Shown: in pieces, positions 24,281 to 37,400 of the stretch
Layout of the letters: each line of letters begins with the position of its first letter
Numbering within the stretch: the first letter of the stretch is position 1
DNA from: Cetorhinus maximus
Taxonomy: Eukaryota
DNA: 64,000 nucleotides
Assembly: GCF_964194155.1 (NCBI RefSeq)
Contig: NW_027596508.1
Location: forward strand, 186,001 to 250,000
Direction of reading: 5' to 3'
Position numbers and translations under genes: made by a program
The notes under the pieces: generated by a model
Seen by the model: only the letters and a program-made list of their open reading frames with translations
Databases searched by the model: none
Told to the model about the DNA's origin: nothing

Positions 24281-26850
24281 GGAGCTGAGAGTGAGTGAGA
24301 GTGAGAGCTGAGTGAGGCTGGAGGGTGGATAAAGAGCAGCGGCAGAGCAGCCCGAGAGCAGCAGTGAGAGAGAGAAGGAGAGAAGAGAGAGAGCGGTGGG
24401 GGGGATAAAGAGCTGTGAGGGAGGGGTTAGAGCAAACCGGCCATGGTTATAATAAATAGTCAAAGCACGATATCAGGGGAAAGAAGGGAGCTGGTTGGTT
24501 TGTGCAGATTTCTCTAAATGAGGCATTGATTAAACGAGGAGCTGGAAAATTAAACATTTCAATCAGGGCAACTATAAGAGTATTAGTGCAGAACAGGTCT
24601 TGAGGTGTTTAATATAATTAATAGTTTAATCAAGGTACAAACTGGATTCTAGAAGAGGGAATAGAGGTTTGTTTTCGATCATGGATGGGCAGCTGTGACC
24701 TGTTGTTTGCAGTTCCTTCCCCATGTAGGAGCCACAGGGCACTTCATGTGTCTTGGGGGCCACATGTGCAGGAAGTGTCTCCAGCTGCTTGAGCTCGAGC
24801 TCAGGATTTCCGAGCTTGAGGGGCAGCTGGAGTCACTGTGGAGTATCAGGGAGGATGAGAGATTGCTGGATCGTACATTCCAGGAGCTGAACACCTCAAA
24901 GGGAGAGAGAGAGAGCTCAGGATAGTAGAAGTAGGAAGAGGCAGGAAATGCAGGAGTCTTCAGGTATGTGCCACTGTCAAACCGGTATTCAGCATTGGAG
25001 ACTGCTGGGAATGGTGACACCCTGAAGGAGTGCAGTCCAGACCATGGCATCAATGGGCAAGAAACTGCACAGGAGGGAACAGCAAAGAGTAGAAATGCAG
25101 TCATTACTGGAGATTTCATAGTCAGGGGGGACAGACAGGCATTTCTGTCACTGTCATTGACAGTCCCACATGGTGTGTTGTCTCCTTGGTGCCAGGGTAA
25201 AGGACATCACGGGGAGGGAACAGAATATTCTGCAGGGGGAAGGGAGTGAGCCAGAGGTTGTGGTACACGTCAGTATCAATGACACGGGGAGGACAGGTAT
25301 TGAGGTCCCTCAGTCAGAATTCCAGCAGCTAGGGAGGTAGTTAAAAAGTAGGACCTCAAACGGAGTAATCTCTGGATTACTGCCAGTGCCACGTGCTAGT
25401 GAGAGTAGAAATGTGAAGATGGAGAGAATCAATATGTGGTTTGAGGCTGGTGCAGGAGGGAGGGTTTCAGATTCTTGGGACATTGGAACCAGTTCTGGGG
25501 CAGGAAACACCTAATCAAAAGGAACAGGTTGCACCTTAATAGGACTGGGACCAATTTCCTCATGGGGAGGGTCACTTGTGTGATTCGGGAGGGTTTGAAC
25601 TAAATAGGCACGGGGTGGGCATCAGTATATAGAAGCAGAACTGAGGAATAACTGTGGAAGAAGTGGGAACATACAAGATAGGAGTAGATGAAGAAGGAAT
25701 CTAAGAGATACAAGGACATGTGTGTTACGGTATAAAGTGTGGTGAATAATGTTGATGAGCTAGAAGCCCAAATAGCCGTGAGGGAATATGATGTCGATGC
25801 AATGACGAAAACGTGGTTTAAAAATGGTGAGGACTGGGTGCTTAATTTTCACTGATGCAAAGTGTTCAGAAAAGATAGAGAAGGGAAAAGGGAGGTGGGA
25901 TGGCAGTACTAATTAAGGAAGTCACTGTAATGTTGGTAAGAGACAATATCCTCAAAAGGACAAGGGCAGAATTCATTTATTGGAGCTGAGGAATAATAAC
26001 AGGATGATCGCACTCACGGGGATATTCAATTGGCCTCCAAAAAGGAGAGAGAGGGGGAGATGGAGGAGCATATCTGCAGGGAAATCACAGATGTATAAGA
26101 ACATAGGAAGATATAAATTAGGAGGAGTAGGGCCACTCCTCCCCTCGAGCCTGCTCCACCACTCAATAAGGTCATGGCTGATCTGATTGTAACCTCAACT
26201 CCACATCCGTGCCTATCCCTGATAAGCTTTGACTCCCTTGATTATCAAGAATCTATCTCTGCCTGAAAAATATTCAAAGTCTCTGCTTCGAGCATCTTTT
26301 GAGGAAGAGAGTTTCAAAGACACAATAGCTTCCGATTGGAAAAAAAAAATTCCTCATCTCTGTCTTAAATGGGCAACCCCATATTTTTAAAAGTGATAAG
26401 AACTATAGAGTGGTGATGTCTGGAGATTGATGAAATGTGTTTAGGAGAACCTCCTAGACCAGAATGTTCTCAGTCCATCTAGGAAGGAGGCATTGCTGGA
26501 TCTGGTGCTGGGGAAGGAGGTGGGCCAAGGTTGGCCACGTGAACCAAGTGTCTGTGGGTGAACCCTTGGGTAAGAGTGATTGGAAGGGAGCGAACTTCAA
26601 TGGGAGGAGAGGGGATTTAGCCAGGGTGAAATGGAACCAGAGACTGACAGGGAAAACTGTAACAGAACAATGGGTGATCTTTCAGGAGGAGATTTTTCAG
26701 GTACAGAGTAGGTACATTCCAATAAGGGGGAAATGGAGAGGAACCAAGACCAGGGCTCCTTGGATGATGAGGAAGATGGAAAATATCATGAAACAATGAA
26801 GAGGCCGTATGACGCACGTCAGATGAATTCTTCAAGTGTGACCCAGGTAA
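24280..26850 (+). mobile_element. Degraded CR1 5' half (ORF1 + endonuclease), with an inverted CR1 tail at ~26095-26395
   Basis: HMCRKCLQL..LELRI, PLSNRYSAL and GDFIVRG motifs. Confidence 0.8.
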
Positions 26851-26859
26851 CTGTTATTG

Positions 26860-27430
26860 TACGAGTGGGTGGAATTAACTTTATATCTATCCATCTCTCC
26901 TACTGTATGCGAATGTGGAAATAACTAATCCCCAGTATCTGTCATCTGTACATGAGTGCATGATTAACTCTCTATCCGTCAATCTCTGTTACTGTGTTTC
27001 AGGGCGGAAATACAGTAACTTTCGACCTGTCATTGACCATTAGTCTGTCTGAGTGTGGAATTAATTCTGTATGTGTCAGCCTCTATTAGTGCATGCGAGT
27101 GTGGAATTAACTCTCCCTCCATCTCTGTTACTGTATGTGAGTGCACAATTAACTCCCCATCAGTCTCCGTTACTTTATGTGTGTGTGGAATTATTTCTGT
27201 ATCTGTTGGTCTCTGTTACTGTGTGAGAGTGTGGAATTAACTCGAGATCTTTTTGTCTCTGTTACTATGTGTCAGTGTGGCATGAACATTCTGTCAATCT
27301 CTGTAACTGTGTGTGAGTGCAGAATTAATACTCTGTCAATCACAGTTATTCTGAGTGTGTGGAATTCACTCTCTGTCAATCTATCATAACGTGTGTGTAA
27401 TTAACTCTCTGTCTGTCAGTCTCTGCTACT
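26860..27430. repeat. Degenerate ~40-bp minisatellite
   Basis: Recurring GTGTGGAATTAACTCT..ATCTCTGTTACTGT. Confidence 0.75.
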
Positions 27431-27439
27431 CTATGGAAG

Positions 27440-29515
27440 TGGGTCACTTTCAGGTTAACAAACTGCAACTAGCAGAGTGTCACAGGGATCAGTGCTGGGT
27501 TCTCAGCTATTTACAATCTATATTAATGACTGAGATGAAAGGACAGACTAGACAAAGTTGCTGACAATACATGGATAGGTGGGAAAGGAAGTTGTGAGGA
27601 GGACACAGAATCTACAAAACAATATAGATATGTTAAGTCAGTGGGAAAAATGTGGCACGTGGACTATACTGTCGGAAAATGTGAGGATTTCCACTTTGGT
27701 GGGAAAAATAGAAAAGCAGATTATTATATAAATGTGAAGAGATTGCAAAATACTGTGGTTCAGACAGATCCTGGACATGAATCACAAAAAGTTAACATGT
27801 AGCTCGAGCAAGTAATTAGGAATGCAAATGGATTGTTGGTCTTTATTGCAAAGACAATGAAGAATGAAAGCAGAGATGCCTTGCTGCAACTGTACAGGGC
27901 ATTGGTGAGACTACAGCTCAAACACTGTGTACAGTTTTCGTCATCTTGTTGGAGGAGGGACATAAGCCCAACATCACCCTCATTCTGATGGCCACCTTTG
28001 TGTGTGGCTGCATCAAACTGTGCATAGACCCCCGGTTCACAACCACCAAGCGTCACTACGTGCTGAGGTTCTACCTGTCCCCGGTGTTGCGAAGGATGGG
28101 TCTGGCCACGCTGCCGCAGAACGCTCCAAGTAGTTGGACCGTGCGGTACCACCTGCCCCTTGTGGAAGAATTTATGCAGAGAAATACTTTTGACCACAAG
28201 TCCTTCAGACAGTGGTCGGCACGTAATGTCCTAGAGGCCCTGTGGGAAAAGGAGATGGTGGATCCTGTGAGATGGTTCCCCGAGCAGACTGTCAAAGTCA
28301 TTTGGCAGAATGCTTCATCACCAGAAGTTTCCAACAAGTACCAAGACGCAGTTTGACTGGTGGTGAGAAAGGCTCTCCCTATCAGATCCTTCCTACACAC
28401 CAGGAGTCTCACCCCCTCCGCACGCTGCCCTTGAGGTGGCTGTAGTGGGGAAGAGACTATTGTTCACCTCCTTGTGAAATGTGCCTTTGTGGAAAGTGTG
28501 GGGAGAGATGCAGCGGTTTTTGTCGAGGTTCATCCCGAGCAGTTCTGTGACACAGGACTCTGTGCTCTATGGGCTGTTCCCAGGGGGACACACCGAGACA
28601 AACATCAACTGCAGCTGGAGGATCATCAACTCGGTGAAATATGCCCTTTGGTCTGCCCGAAACTTGTTGGTCTTCCAGGGCAAAGAGTTGTACCCGACCG
28701 AGTGTTGCAGACTGGCACATTCCAAGGTCCAGGACTACGTGCTGAGGGACGCACTAAAGCTTGAAGCAGCCGCCACAAAGGCGCAATGGGGAAAGGTCAC
28801 TGTCTAAGACCTTTCTGCCATAGTGCACCGAAGGGCTGGGAATTGTATGGGCCCCTCGGCTGTATGACTCACAAGGAATGTATATAGTGAAAGCTACATG
28901 TGTCTCAATTATATTGAAGCACTTCAGAGTGCAACATGTTGTATATCGATAACTCCAATACCACTGCACTGTCTGACTGTCTGTGATGACCATATTGAAA
29001 ATACTGTAATGTTCATTGCTGGTATTAATTGCTCCTCGTGATCCATGTGGAAAAGTTGAATACGATTGCACTTTTTGTGATGGCCATTTGGAAATGTTTT
29101 GTAATGTTCTTTCAGATATTTTATGAATAAAGTATATTTTTCCAAAACAAAAGTAGATCAGAGAAGGTTCACTCGGCTTATTCCTGGGATGAGGGGTTGT
29201 CCCTTGAGGAAACATTAAGCAGTTTGGGCCAATAGTCATTTAAGTTTAGAAGAATAAGAAGTGATCTTATATAATCCTAAAATGTTCTGAGGGGGAAAGA
29301 TGCTGAGAGGATGTTTCCCCTCATGGGGGAATCTAGAACAAGGGGGGGCACAGTTTCAAAATGATGGGTCTCCTTCTAAAGACAAAGATGAGGAGGAATT
29401 TCTTCTCTCAAAGGATCTTTATTCTTTGAAATTCTCTACCTCAGACAGCAGTGGATGCAGGGTCATTGAATATATTCAAAGCTGAATTAGACAGATTTTT
29501 GAATGACAAAAGCCT
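27440..29515 (+). mobile_element. CR1 3' portion split by a Tx1/L1-like insertion
   Basis: CR1 RT to ~27945 resumes at ~29150. Confidence 0.72.
27960..29150 (+). mobile_element. Tx1/L1-clade LINE 3' end
   Basis: C-terminal CP..C..ET..HLL..C knuckle, VLYGLFPG and K.ALW.ARN motifs, 3' UTR with AATAAA and an A-rich end. Confidence 0.75.
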
Positions 29516-30834
29516 TGTTGTTAGTTAAACAGGTGGTGGGCATTGATTATCCCACCTAAACAGAATAAAAAGATACAGCTGAAACACTTTGTGGGGAAGC
29601 TACTTGGAAGTCTGTAGCACTGAGGAGCTGTCTTGAAAATAAACCAGCTTGAACAAAAAGACCAGCCTGGATTAATTCTTCCACCACAACCTCTTGTTGT
29701 GAATAACAAAGGCCACAATCAGATCATCCATGATCTTATTGAATGGCATCGAAGGCTAGGGTGGACAAATGGCTAACTCTTGCTTCTATTTCTTACGTTC
29801 TTATGAAGTGTGATGGAGGCAGGTTCAAACAATGTCTTCAAAAGAGATTTGGATTAACTGAAAAGGAAAAATGTGCAGAGCTACAGGAAAAAGGTGGTGA
29901 AGCGGCACAAGATGAATATAACCAGCACAGACATGACAGGCTGAATGGCGACCTCCTGGATTGTGACCATTCTATAATTCTGTGAATGAACTACCTGTCA
30001 ATCTCTCTTACAGTATATGAGTCTGAGTGGACTTAACTCAGTCTGTCACTCTCTGTCACCGAATCAGTGTGTGGAATTTACTTTCTGTCAGTCTCTTACA
30101 GTACAGGAAACAGCTAATGATTTTTGCTTGTGTCCTTTTATCAGAAATAGATAGGCTCTACTGGTCTCAAAAGTACTCAAGGTTAAAACACATCAAGTAC
30201 TCCTCCATCTACACTCCAGTTGAAAGTCAGCCAACAAGAACATACCTTCACAGAAAGCGAGAGACCAACTTCCATGACCAACATCCACCCTGATGCAAAA
30301 GGACGCCTCATTTGTCAGTTTGTGTTTCTGGCCTTGGTTTTGTGAGAAACACCTGCAATAATTCACCGTCAAAATCATGTGGCTGCTGGGAGTCTTAAAT
30401 AAAGACAGAAAATTCTGCAAATATGCAGCAGGTAGGCAGCATCTGTGGAGAGAGAAACAGAGTTAACATTTCAGGTCACTGACAATCAGCCTGTAATAAA
30501 ACACTTACTGACATCTGCTAATGGTGGCTGCAACTCCCACAATTCTGTGCCCGAGAAACCGCTGTATCCAATGCACTGATTTTCCCAGGCACAGAGTGGG
30601 CATGTTCCCCAGGGCCGGTCCCAAGGCATTCTGATCCCAAACTTTTGCCACTGCCACTTGTCTACCCATTCCACCAACCTGCCTATATCCTGTCTATATC
30701 TTTCGCTCTGAAGAAGGGTCATATAGAATTGAAAAGTTAACTCTGTTTCTTACTCCACAGATTATGATATCAGAACTGAGTTTTTCCAGCATTTTCTGTT
30801 TTTACGCTTATATCCAGTTGAAGTTTAATACTAT

Positions 30835-32040
30835 CTTAGAACCATAGAACACTACAGCACAGAAAACAGGCCATTTGGCCCTTGTAGTCTGTGCCAAAAT
30901 ATTATTCCGCTAGTCTCATTGACCTGCACCTAGTCCATAACCCTCCAGACCTCTCCCATCCATGTATCTATCCAATTTATTCTTAAAACTTAAGAGTGAG
31001 CCTGCATTTACCACGTCAGATGGTAGTTCGTTCCACACTCTCACCAGTCTCTGAGTGAAGAAGTTCCCCCTAAACCTTCCCCTTTCACCCTAAAGCCATG
31101 TCCTCTCGTGTTTATCTCTCCTAATCTAAGTGGAAAGAGCCTACTCGCATTTATTCTGTCTACACCCCTCATAATTTTGTAAACTTCTATCAAATCTCCC
31201 CTCATTCTTCTTTTCTCCAAGGAATAAAGTCCTAACCTGTTTAATCTTTCCCTGTAACTCAACTCCTTAAGACCCGGCAACATCCTAGTAAATCTTCTCT
31301 GCACTATCTCAATCTTACTGATATCCTTCCTGTAGTTAGGTGACAAGAACTGCACACAATACTCCAAAGTTGGCCTCACCAATGTCTTATACAACCTCTC
31401 CATAACATCCCAACTCCTATAGTCAATACTTTGATTTATGAAGACCAGTATGCCAAAAGCTTTCTTTACAACCTTGTCTACCTGTGACACCACTTTCTGG
31501 GAATTATGTATCTGAACTCCCAGATCCCTTTGTTCATCCGCACTCCTCAGTGTCCTACCATTTACTGTGTATGTCCTACCTTGGTTTGACCTTCCAAAAT
31601 GTAACACCTCACACTTTTCCGCATTAAATTCCATCTGCCATTTTCTGGCCCATTTTTCCAGTTGGTCCAGATCACTCTGCAAGCTTTGAAAGCCTTCCTC
31701 ACTGTTCACAATACCTCTAACTTTCATGAAGTCAATTTTGAAATGATGCTCTTTACACCAAGGTCTCGCCATTCACTTATATCAGGAAGAGCAGGGTCCT
31801 CACACCGACCCCTGCGGAACTCCGCTTTAAACCTTCCTCCAGTCTGAAAAACAACCATTCACCACTACCCTCTGTTTCCTGTCACTCAGCCAATCCCATA
31901 TCCATGTTGCTCTGTCCCTTTTATTCCATGAGCTGTAACTTTGTTGACAAGTCTGTTGTGTGAGACTTTATCAAATGCCTTTTGGAAATCCATGTAAACC
32001 ACATGAACAGCATCACCCTCCCCAAACCTCTCTGTTACCG
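30835..32040 (-). mobile_element. CR1 LINE 3' fragments
   Basis: WQMEFNAEKCEVLHFG, LYKTLVRPTLEYC, RMRGDLIEVYK. Confidence 0.9.
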
Positions 32041-32044
32041 CATC

Positions 32045-32315
32045 AAAGACTCGGTGCAAACGGGAGAATCCAGGAAGCGGCGGTGAGGATGGGGGAGGCG
32101 CTGCACCATCGGCTTCACGGCGCCGACCCGCTCCCCGTCCCCGCGGCGGCGGCGCTGAGAGTCGGTGTTAATGAGACGAAGATGACCCACATTCAGCTTC
32201 CTGGTGCCGCACTGCGCATGCTCCGCGCGGCAGGCGTTTTCCGCTGGCTGGGCCTTCCCGCAGCTGCGCAGTGAGACCCTTCTGATGGAGATAGGGCGTA
32301 TTCCCAGACGCGTGG
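32045..32315. promoter_or_regulatory. CpG-rich island with NRF1-like and ETS-like motifs
   Basis: Dense CpG in a CpG-poor background; TGCGCATGCTC at 32213; CAGGAAG / CTTCCTG. Confidence 0.5.
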
Positions 32316-32589
32316 AATCCTGGGTTATATTGTTCACCATTTCAAGAATAATATTAGCGAAGTCGGTGATATTTGGACTCATAGCATCTGTGCGACCTCT
32401 TTCGGAGCGAATCAGTCCAACTCCTCTGCTTACACTGAAAATATCTTAATTTCTGTATTTGTCCAATTCCCTTTTAACATTTACTTTTGAATCTGATTGA
32501 ACCAGTCTTTCAGGCAACACATTCCGGATCACAGCAATTTGCTGCTGAGAGAAAAAAAATACGTTCACACACAGCATCTTTACTTTTTT

Positions 32590-33380
32590 TAATATCATGA
32601 TTCTCCCACTTTCCAGCACTTGGTCCATAGTCTTGCAGGTTATGGCACTTGAGGAGCATATGCAGGCACCTTTTCAATCAGTTGAGAGTTTCTGCTCCTG
32701 ATACAAGTTCAGACAGTGAGTTCCAGACCCTGGCTAACCTCTGAGTGAAAAAGACATCCTCAGCTCCTCTCCAATCTTTCTACGAATCACTTTAAATCTG
32801 TACACCCTGGTCACTGACCTGTTTGTGAAGGTAAATAGGCCCTGCCCATTTGCTAGATTCAGGCACCTCACAATAATGTACATCTCAATCAAATCACCTT
32901 TCAGCCTCCACTGTTCCAAGGAGAACTAATGCAGCCTACCTGACATATCCTCATTGTTGCAGTTTTCCAGTGCTGGCAACATCCCAATAAATCTCCTCTG
33001 TATTCTCTCCAGAGCATTTACATCATTTCTGTAATAAGATGACCAGAAGTCACACGGTACTCAAGTTGTGGCCTAATGATTTACACAGTTCCAGCATTAC
33101 CCGCCCTCCCCCCGCTCTTATATTCTAAAGTCAGCTAATAAAGGAAATGATTCCACATGCCCTCTGAACCACCTTATCGACCTCTACTGGTACCTTCAAG
33201 GATCTGTGGACATTCACTTTACCTCCATCACTTCCTCGACAACTCTGAGCATTCTCCTATTAACAGTGTAGTTTATTTTTATTTGCCTTCTTTGTCTTCC
33301 CTAAGTGCATCACCTCACACATCCCCAGGTAGAATTCCAGTTGCCACTTTTCTGCGCTCCTGACCAGTCCATTGATATGG
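32590..33380 (-). mobile_element. Degraded CR1 3' fragment
   Basis: EQWRLKGDLIEMY motif. Confidence 0.75.
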
Positions 33381-33689
33381 GGGACTGAGCAACACAGAAT
33401 GATTCATACTTTCCACACAATACCACTCACTGAAAAGGAATTAATTCCAAACTCCCACAAAGCATGAGAAACTGAGTGCTGAATAATGCTGCCAAAGCTC
33501 ACATGGAATACTAGAGACATTCAGATACAGAATTAATCCCATTTTCCCTAACAGTAATGAGAATTTATAAATACAGAATGATTCCCACAGTGACGTTTTG
33601 TACCACTGACTGATACAGAATTAATCCCACCCTCACATACAGTACCAGACATTGACCCATAAAGAAGGAATCCCACTCTCACAAACTGT

Positions 33690-33906
33690 CCAAAAACAAC
33701 CAAAAAAATGACTCAGTAGGCTAGACAGCATCTGTGGAGAGAAATACAGAGTTAACATTATGAGTCAGTCTGACTCTTCTTCAGCTCTGAAGAACAGTCA
33801 TACGGACTCGAAACGTTAATCCTGTCTTTCTCTCCGCAAATGCAGTCAGACCAGCATTTTTTGTTTTTGTTTCAGATTTCTCGCATCCGCAGTATTTTGC
33901 CTTTAT
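33690..33906. mobile_element. Palindromic non-autonomous Penelope-derived element
   Basis: Two inverted pLTR ends meeting at TGACTCTTCTTCAG-CT-CTGAAGAACAGTCA. Confidence 0.78.
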
Positions 33907-34381
33907 CTCACAAACTGTTCCACAGACTGAGATACAGAATGAATCCTACACTCAGAGACACTACCTGTGACTGACAGATACAGAACAAATCTCGCTCACA
34001 TACAGTAACAGAGTCTGATGGATATGATATGTATCCCACAATCACATTCACGACCAGAGGCTAATTAATACAATTTAGATTTGACAACTGTCCAGTTGTG
34101 GCATATCACAATTTTCACATAGGAAATGGGAAATTCTAAACATAACACGAGGCATCATAACACGAATGGGGGACATTATGATACCAGGAAGAAAATATTT
34201 ACCCACAAAAACGTCTTCAAAGATCAACAGGTAATATCTTCGGACAACAGGGGATGCCTTCTGATCAGGTCACATTTTACAGAATGGAGAAGAAAAAAAG
34301 TACAAGAGGGATCGTATTTATACAGCCTGGAACAGATTTGCATGACAGGAAAGTATTTTACACAACAGAGAATATCTCTCA

Positions 34382-34588
34382 ACAGTTCCACAGCAGAGAG
34401 CACAGTTCCACATCAGACAGGACAGAACTGCAGCAGAGAGCACAGTTCTACAGCAGACAGGACAGAACTGCAGCAGAGAGCACAGTTCTACAGCAAACAG
34501 GACAGAACTGCAGCAGAGAGCACAGTTCTACAGCAGACAGGACAGAACTGCAGCAGAGAGTACAGTTCTACAGCAGAGAGCAGAGTTC
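34382..34588. repeat. 40-bp minisatellite, ~4.5 copies (20+20 dimer)
   Basis: CAGCAGAGAGCACAGTTCTA-CAGCAGACAGGACAGAACTG repeated. Confidence 0.95.
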
Positions 34589-34589
34589 T

Positions 34590-34882
34590 TTTCTTCTATT
34601 TGTCCATGGGTTGTGGACATCGCTGGCTCGGCCAGTATTTATTGCCCACCCTTAATTGCCCTTGTTCCGAAGGCATTTAAGAGTCAAACACATTGCTGTG
34701 GGTCTGGAGTCAAATGTAGGCCAGATAAGTTAAGGGCGGCAGATTTCCTTCCCTGGAGGACATTAATGAACCAGATGGATACTTACGACAATCGAAAATA
34801 GTTTCACGGTCATCATTAGAATTTTAATTCCAGATGTTTTATTGAATTCAGCTTCTACCATCTGCCGTGGTGGGATTCAAAC
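34590..34882 (-). mobile_element. Same SINE family, head truncated
   Basis: CTGGTTCA..GGGAAGGAAATCTGCC..GACTCCAGACCCACAGCAATGTG core on the minus strand. Confidence 0.8.
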
Positions 34883-35301
34883 TCTGCAGTGAACACAGTT
34901 CCAAGCAGACAGCAAAGTTGTACAGCAGGGAAGATATTTTTTAAAAAATGGGAAAGCACTTTAAACACCGGAACACCTTTCAACAAGAGTACACATGCAC
35001 AGGGAGCTAATTTAGGCAACAGCAAATTCGTTTCGAATGTGGGGCATATTTATGCAAGAGAGAACGCCTTTACATAAATGGTGATTCACTCCATGCTCCT
35101 TTGCCTTCCTATCATCGTGTGTGCGGACAGTCTCTTACTGCTCTTATGTGTCATGCTTTGTCTGTTACATTCTTGGGAGTGTTACAAAGTGGAATCGAGT
35201 CGCCAGGGGGAACCGCCGAATACATGTGCTCTGGTTGAACAACAAAACGAGAATGAACGTTGCTCAAACACAACAAGACGTAGCAGGGAAAAATAACAAG
35301 G

Positions 35302-35373
35302 AGCAGAGTTGCGCAGCGGAAGCGTGCTGGGCCCATAACCCAGAGGTCAATGGATCGAAACCATTCTCTGCTA
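35302..35373 (+). tRNA. tRNA-iMet (CAT), variant, possibly functional
   Basis: 72 nt, 3 differences from the vertebrate initiator tRNA as recalled; A1:U72, three G:C pairs in the anticodon stem, GATCGAAA T-loop, T-tract downstream. Confidence 0.88.
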
Positions 35374-36814
35374 TTTACGTTTTCATTAAAAGCAGAAAGA
35401 AACATTTGGCCTCTCCCCACAAATATATTTGATATTTCTTTACCGTACACAGGAATTTTAATGGGCTCCTCGCTTCCAGTAACCACTTAAGTCTGTAACA
35501 AATCCCTGTCATGTTTTTTATTCACACAAGAACACAAGCTGTAAATGCGGCAAACACACACAAGCCTAGATTGTCTCTCATCGCCAAAGAGCTGACACAG
35601 GCATGATGGTCCGAGTGGCCTTCTCTTGTTCTCTAACACGCTATGATTGCCTGAAGAGCAAAAGCTATTCTCTTAAATGGAAAAATGTATATAATGAAGT
35701 TTATACGTATAAGCTGCAGTATGTCCGATCTACCGGACACCCTGCAGTAATTCACCATGCTAATTTGGACAACAGTGTCCTCCCTTCGACATGTCCCATC
35801 GAGAGTATCAGCATTGCGGAGACAGCATCACGTCAAAGACGCAGTTAATCAATATTTGGGCAGGTTCCTTCTTAATCGCTGACTCAAACCATGGAATTCT
35901 GTCCCCCAAATCATCATGAACCAAGAACGTGAAGTTTCATTCCCTCGGGCTTGCATTCTACATATTATGCTAAATAATTCTTTGAGTGTCTGATTGTTTC
36001 CTGTCTTCTTTTATCTGTTAATCACCGATCGAATGTTAACGAGTTCAGTTTATCGCTCATTCCCTCCTTATCGGACTTGCTTAAGGTGAAAACTGTAACA
36101 TGTGTGTGACCATTCACCTCGAACTGAATGTCTGCCTCTAACATATTGTGAGATTTTTAGATGCCCATTTACTGTCAGATTATTTATTAATTCTCCTTTG
36201 CTACTCCTTAGTGAATTTAGTAAAACCTTTTGTCTTGTGGTTCAGTCTGCAGGGTAGAGGGCAGGAGAGATTCAATGGCAAAAGAATTGGTGCTGCAAGG
36301 CTACAGGGAATGGTAAAGGAACAAGTAACAAAAACCAGAGATGAGTCTAAAGGAGTGTGAATGGAGGAATGATGAACAGCTGCCATCCGAAAGCAAAAAC
36401 AAGAGAAAAATTAGATTAAAATCAAACGCGCAAAGAAAAAGGAACCAGAATCGGGAAGAGCTTACAGGCATAAGAACATTAGAGATAGGAGCAAGAGGAG
36501 GCCTTTTAGCCCCTCGAGTCTACTCTGCCATTAAATAAGACCATGGCTGATCTGATTATGGCCTAAACTCCACTTACCAGCCTGTCTCCCTCATTCCTTG
36601 ATTTCCTTGTAAAATCTGTCTATTTCAGTCTGGAATATATTCAATGATCCAGCCTCCGCTGCTCTCAGGGAAAGGGAATTCCAAAGACTAACAATCATCT
36701 GAGTGAAGAAATTCCTCCTCATCTGCATCTTGAATGGGAGATGCCTTATTTTTAAAACTCTGCCCTTCTAGCTCACACTGCAAGTGTAATTCTCAGCTCA
36801 ATCAGGATTGCTTA

Positions 36815-37400
36815 GTAAGGATCATTCTCTGCCATTTCTGCTGACTCCAGCATGATGCCACAACCAAACACATCTTCCCCTCACCCCCACTGTCAGAATT
36901 ATGTGGGGACCTTTCTCTCTGGGACAACCTGGTCCATTCCTCCTTCACCCCCAACACCTCAGCCTCCTCCCACGGCACCTTCCCATGCAAGCGCAGAAGG
37001 TGCAACACCTGTCCCTTTACCTCCTCCCTCCTCACCAACCAAGGGCCCAAACACTCCTTTCAGATGAAGCAGGGCTTCACTTGCACTTCCTTCAATTTGG
37101 TCTACTGCGTTCGCTGCTCCCAATACAGTCTCCTCTACATTGGAGAAACCAAACGTAGGCTGGGTAACTGCTTTGCGGAACACCTTCAGTCTGTCCACAA
37201 GCATGACCCAGACCTTCCTGTGGCTTGCCATTTTAACATCCCATCCTGCTATCATGCTCACATATCCATCCTTGGCCTGCTGCAATGTTCCAGTGAAACC
37301 CAACACAAACTGGAGGAACAGTACCTCATCTTCCAATTAGACACTTTACAGCCTTCCAGACTTAACATTGAGTTCAGCAACTTCAGACCATGAACTCTCT
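36815..37400 (+). mobile_element. Penelope GIY-YIG fragment
   Basis: NLVYCVRCSQ..LYIGETKRRL..LNIEF. Confidence 0.88.

Noticed and set aside
34126-34680. 184-aa and 133-aa repetitive ORFs; CRISPR-like periodicity
   Set aside because: Translation of a stop-free minisatellite; no unique spacers, no cas genes, eukaryotic context
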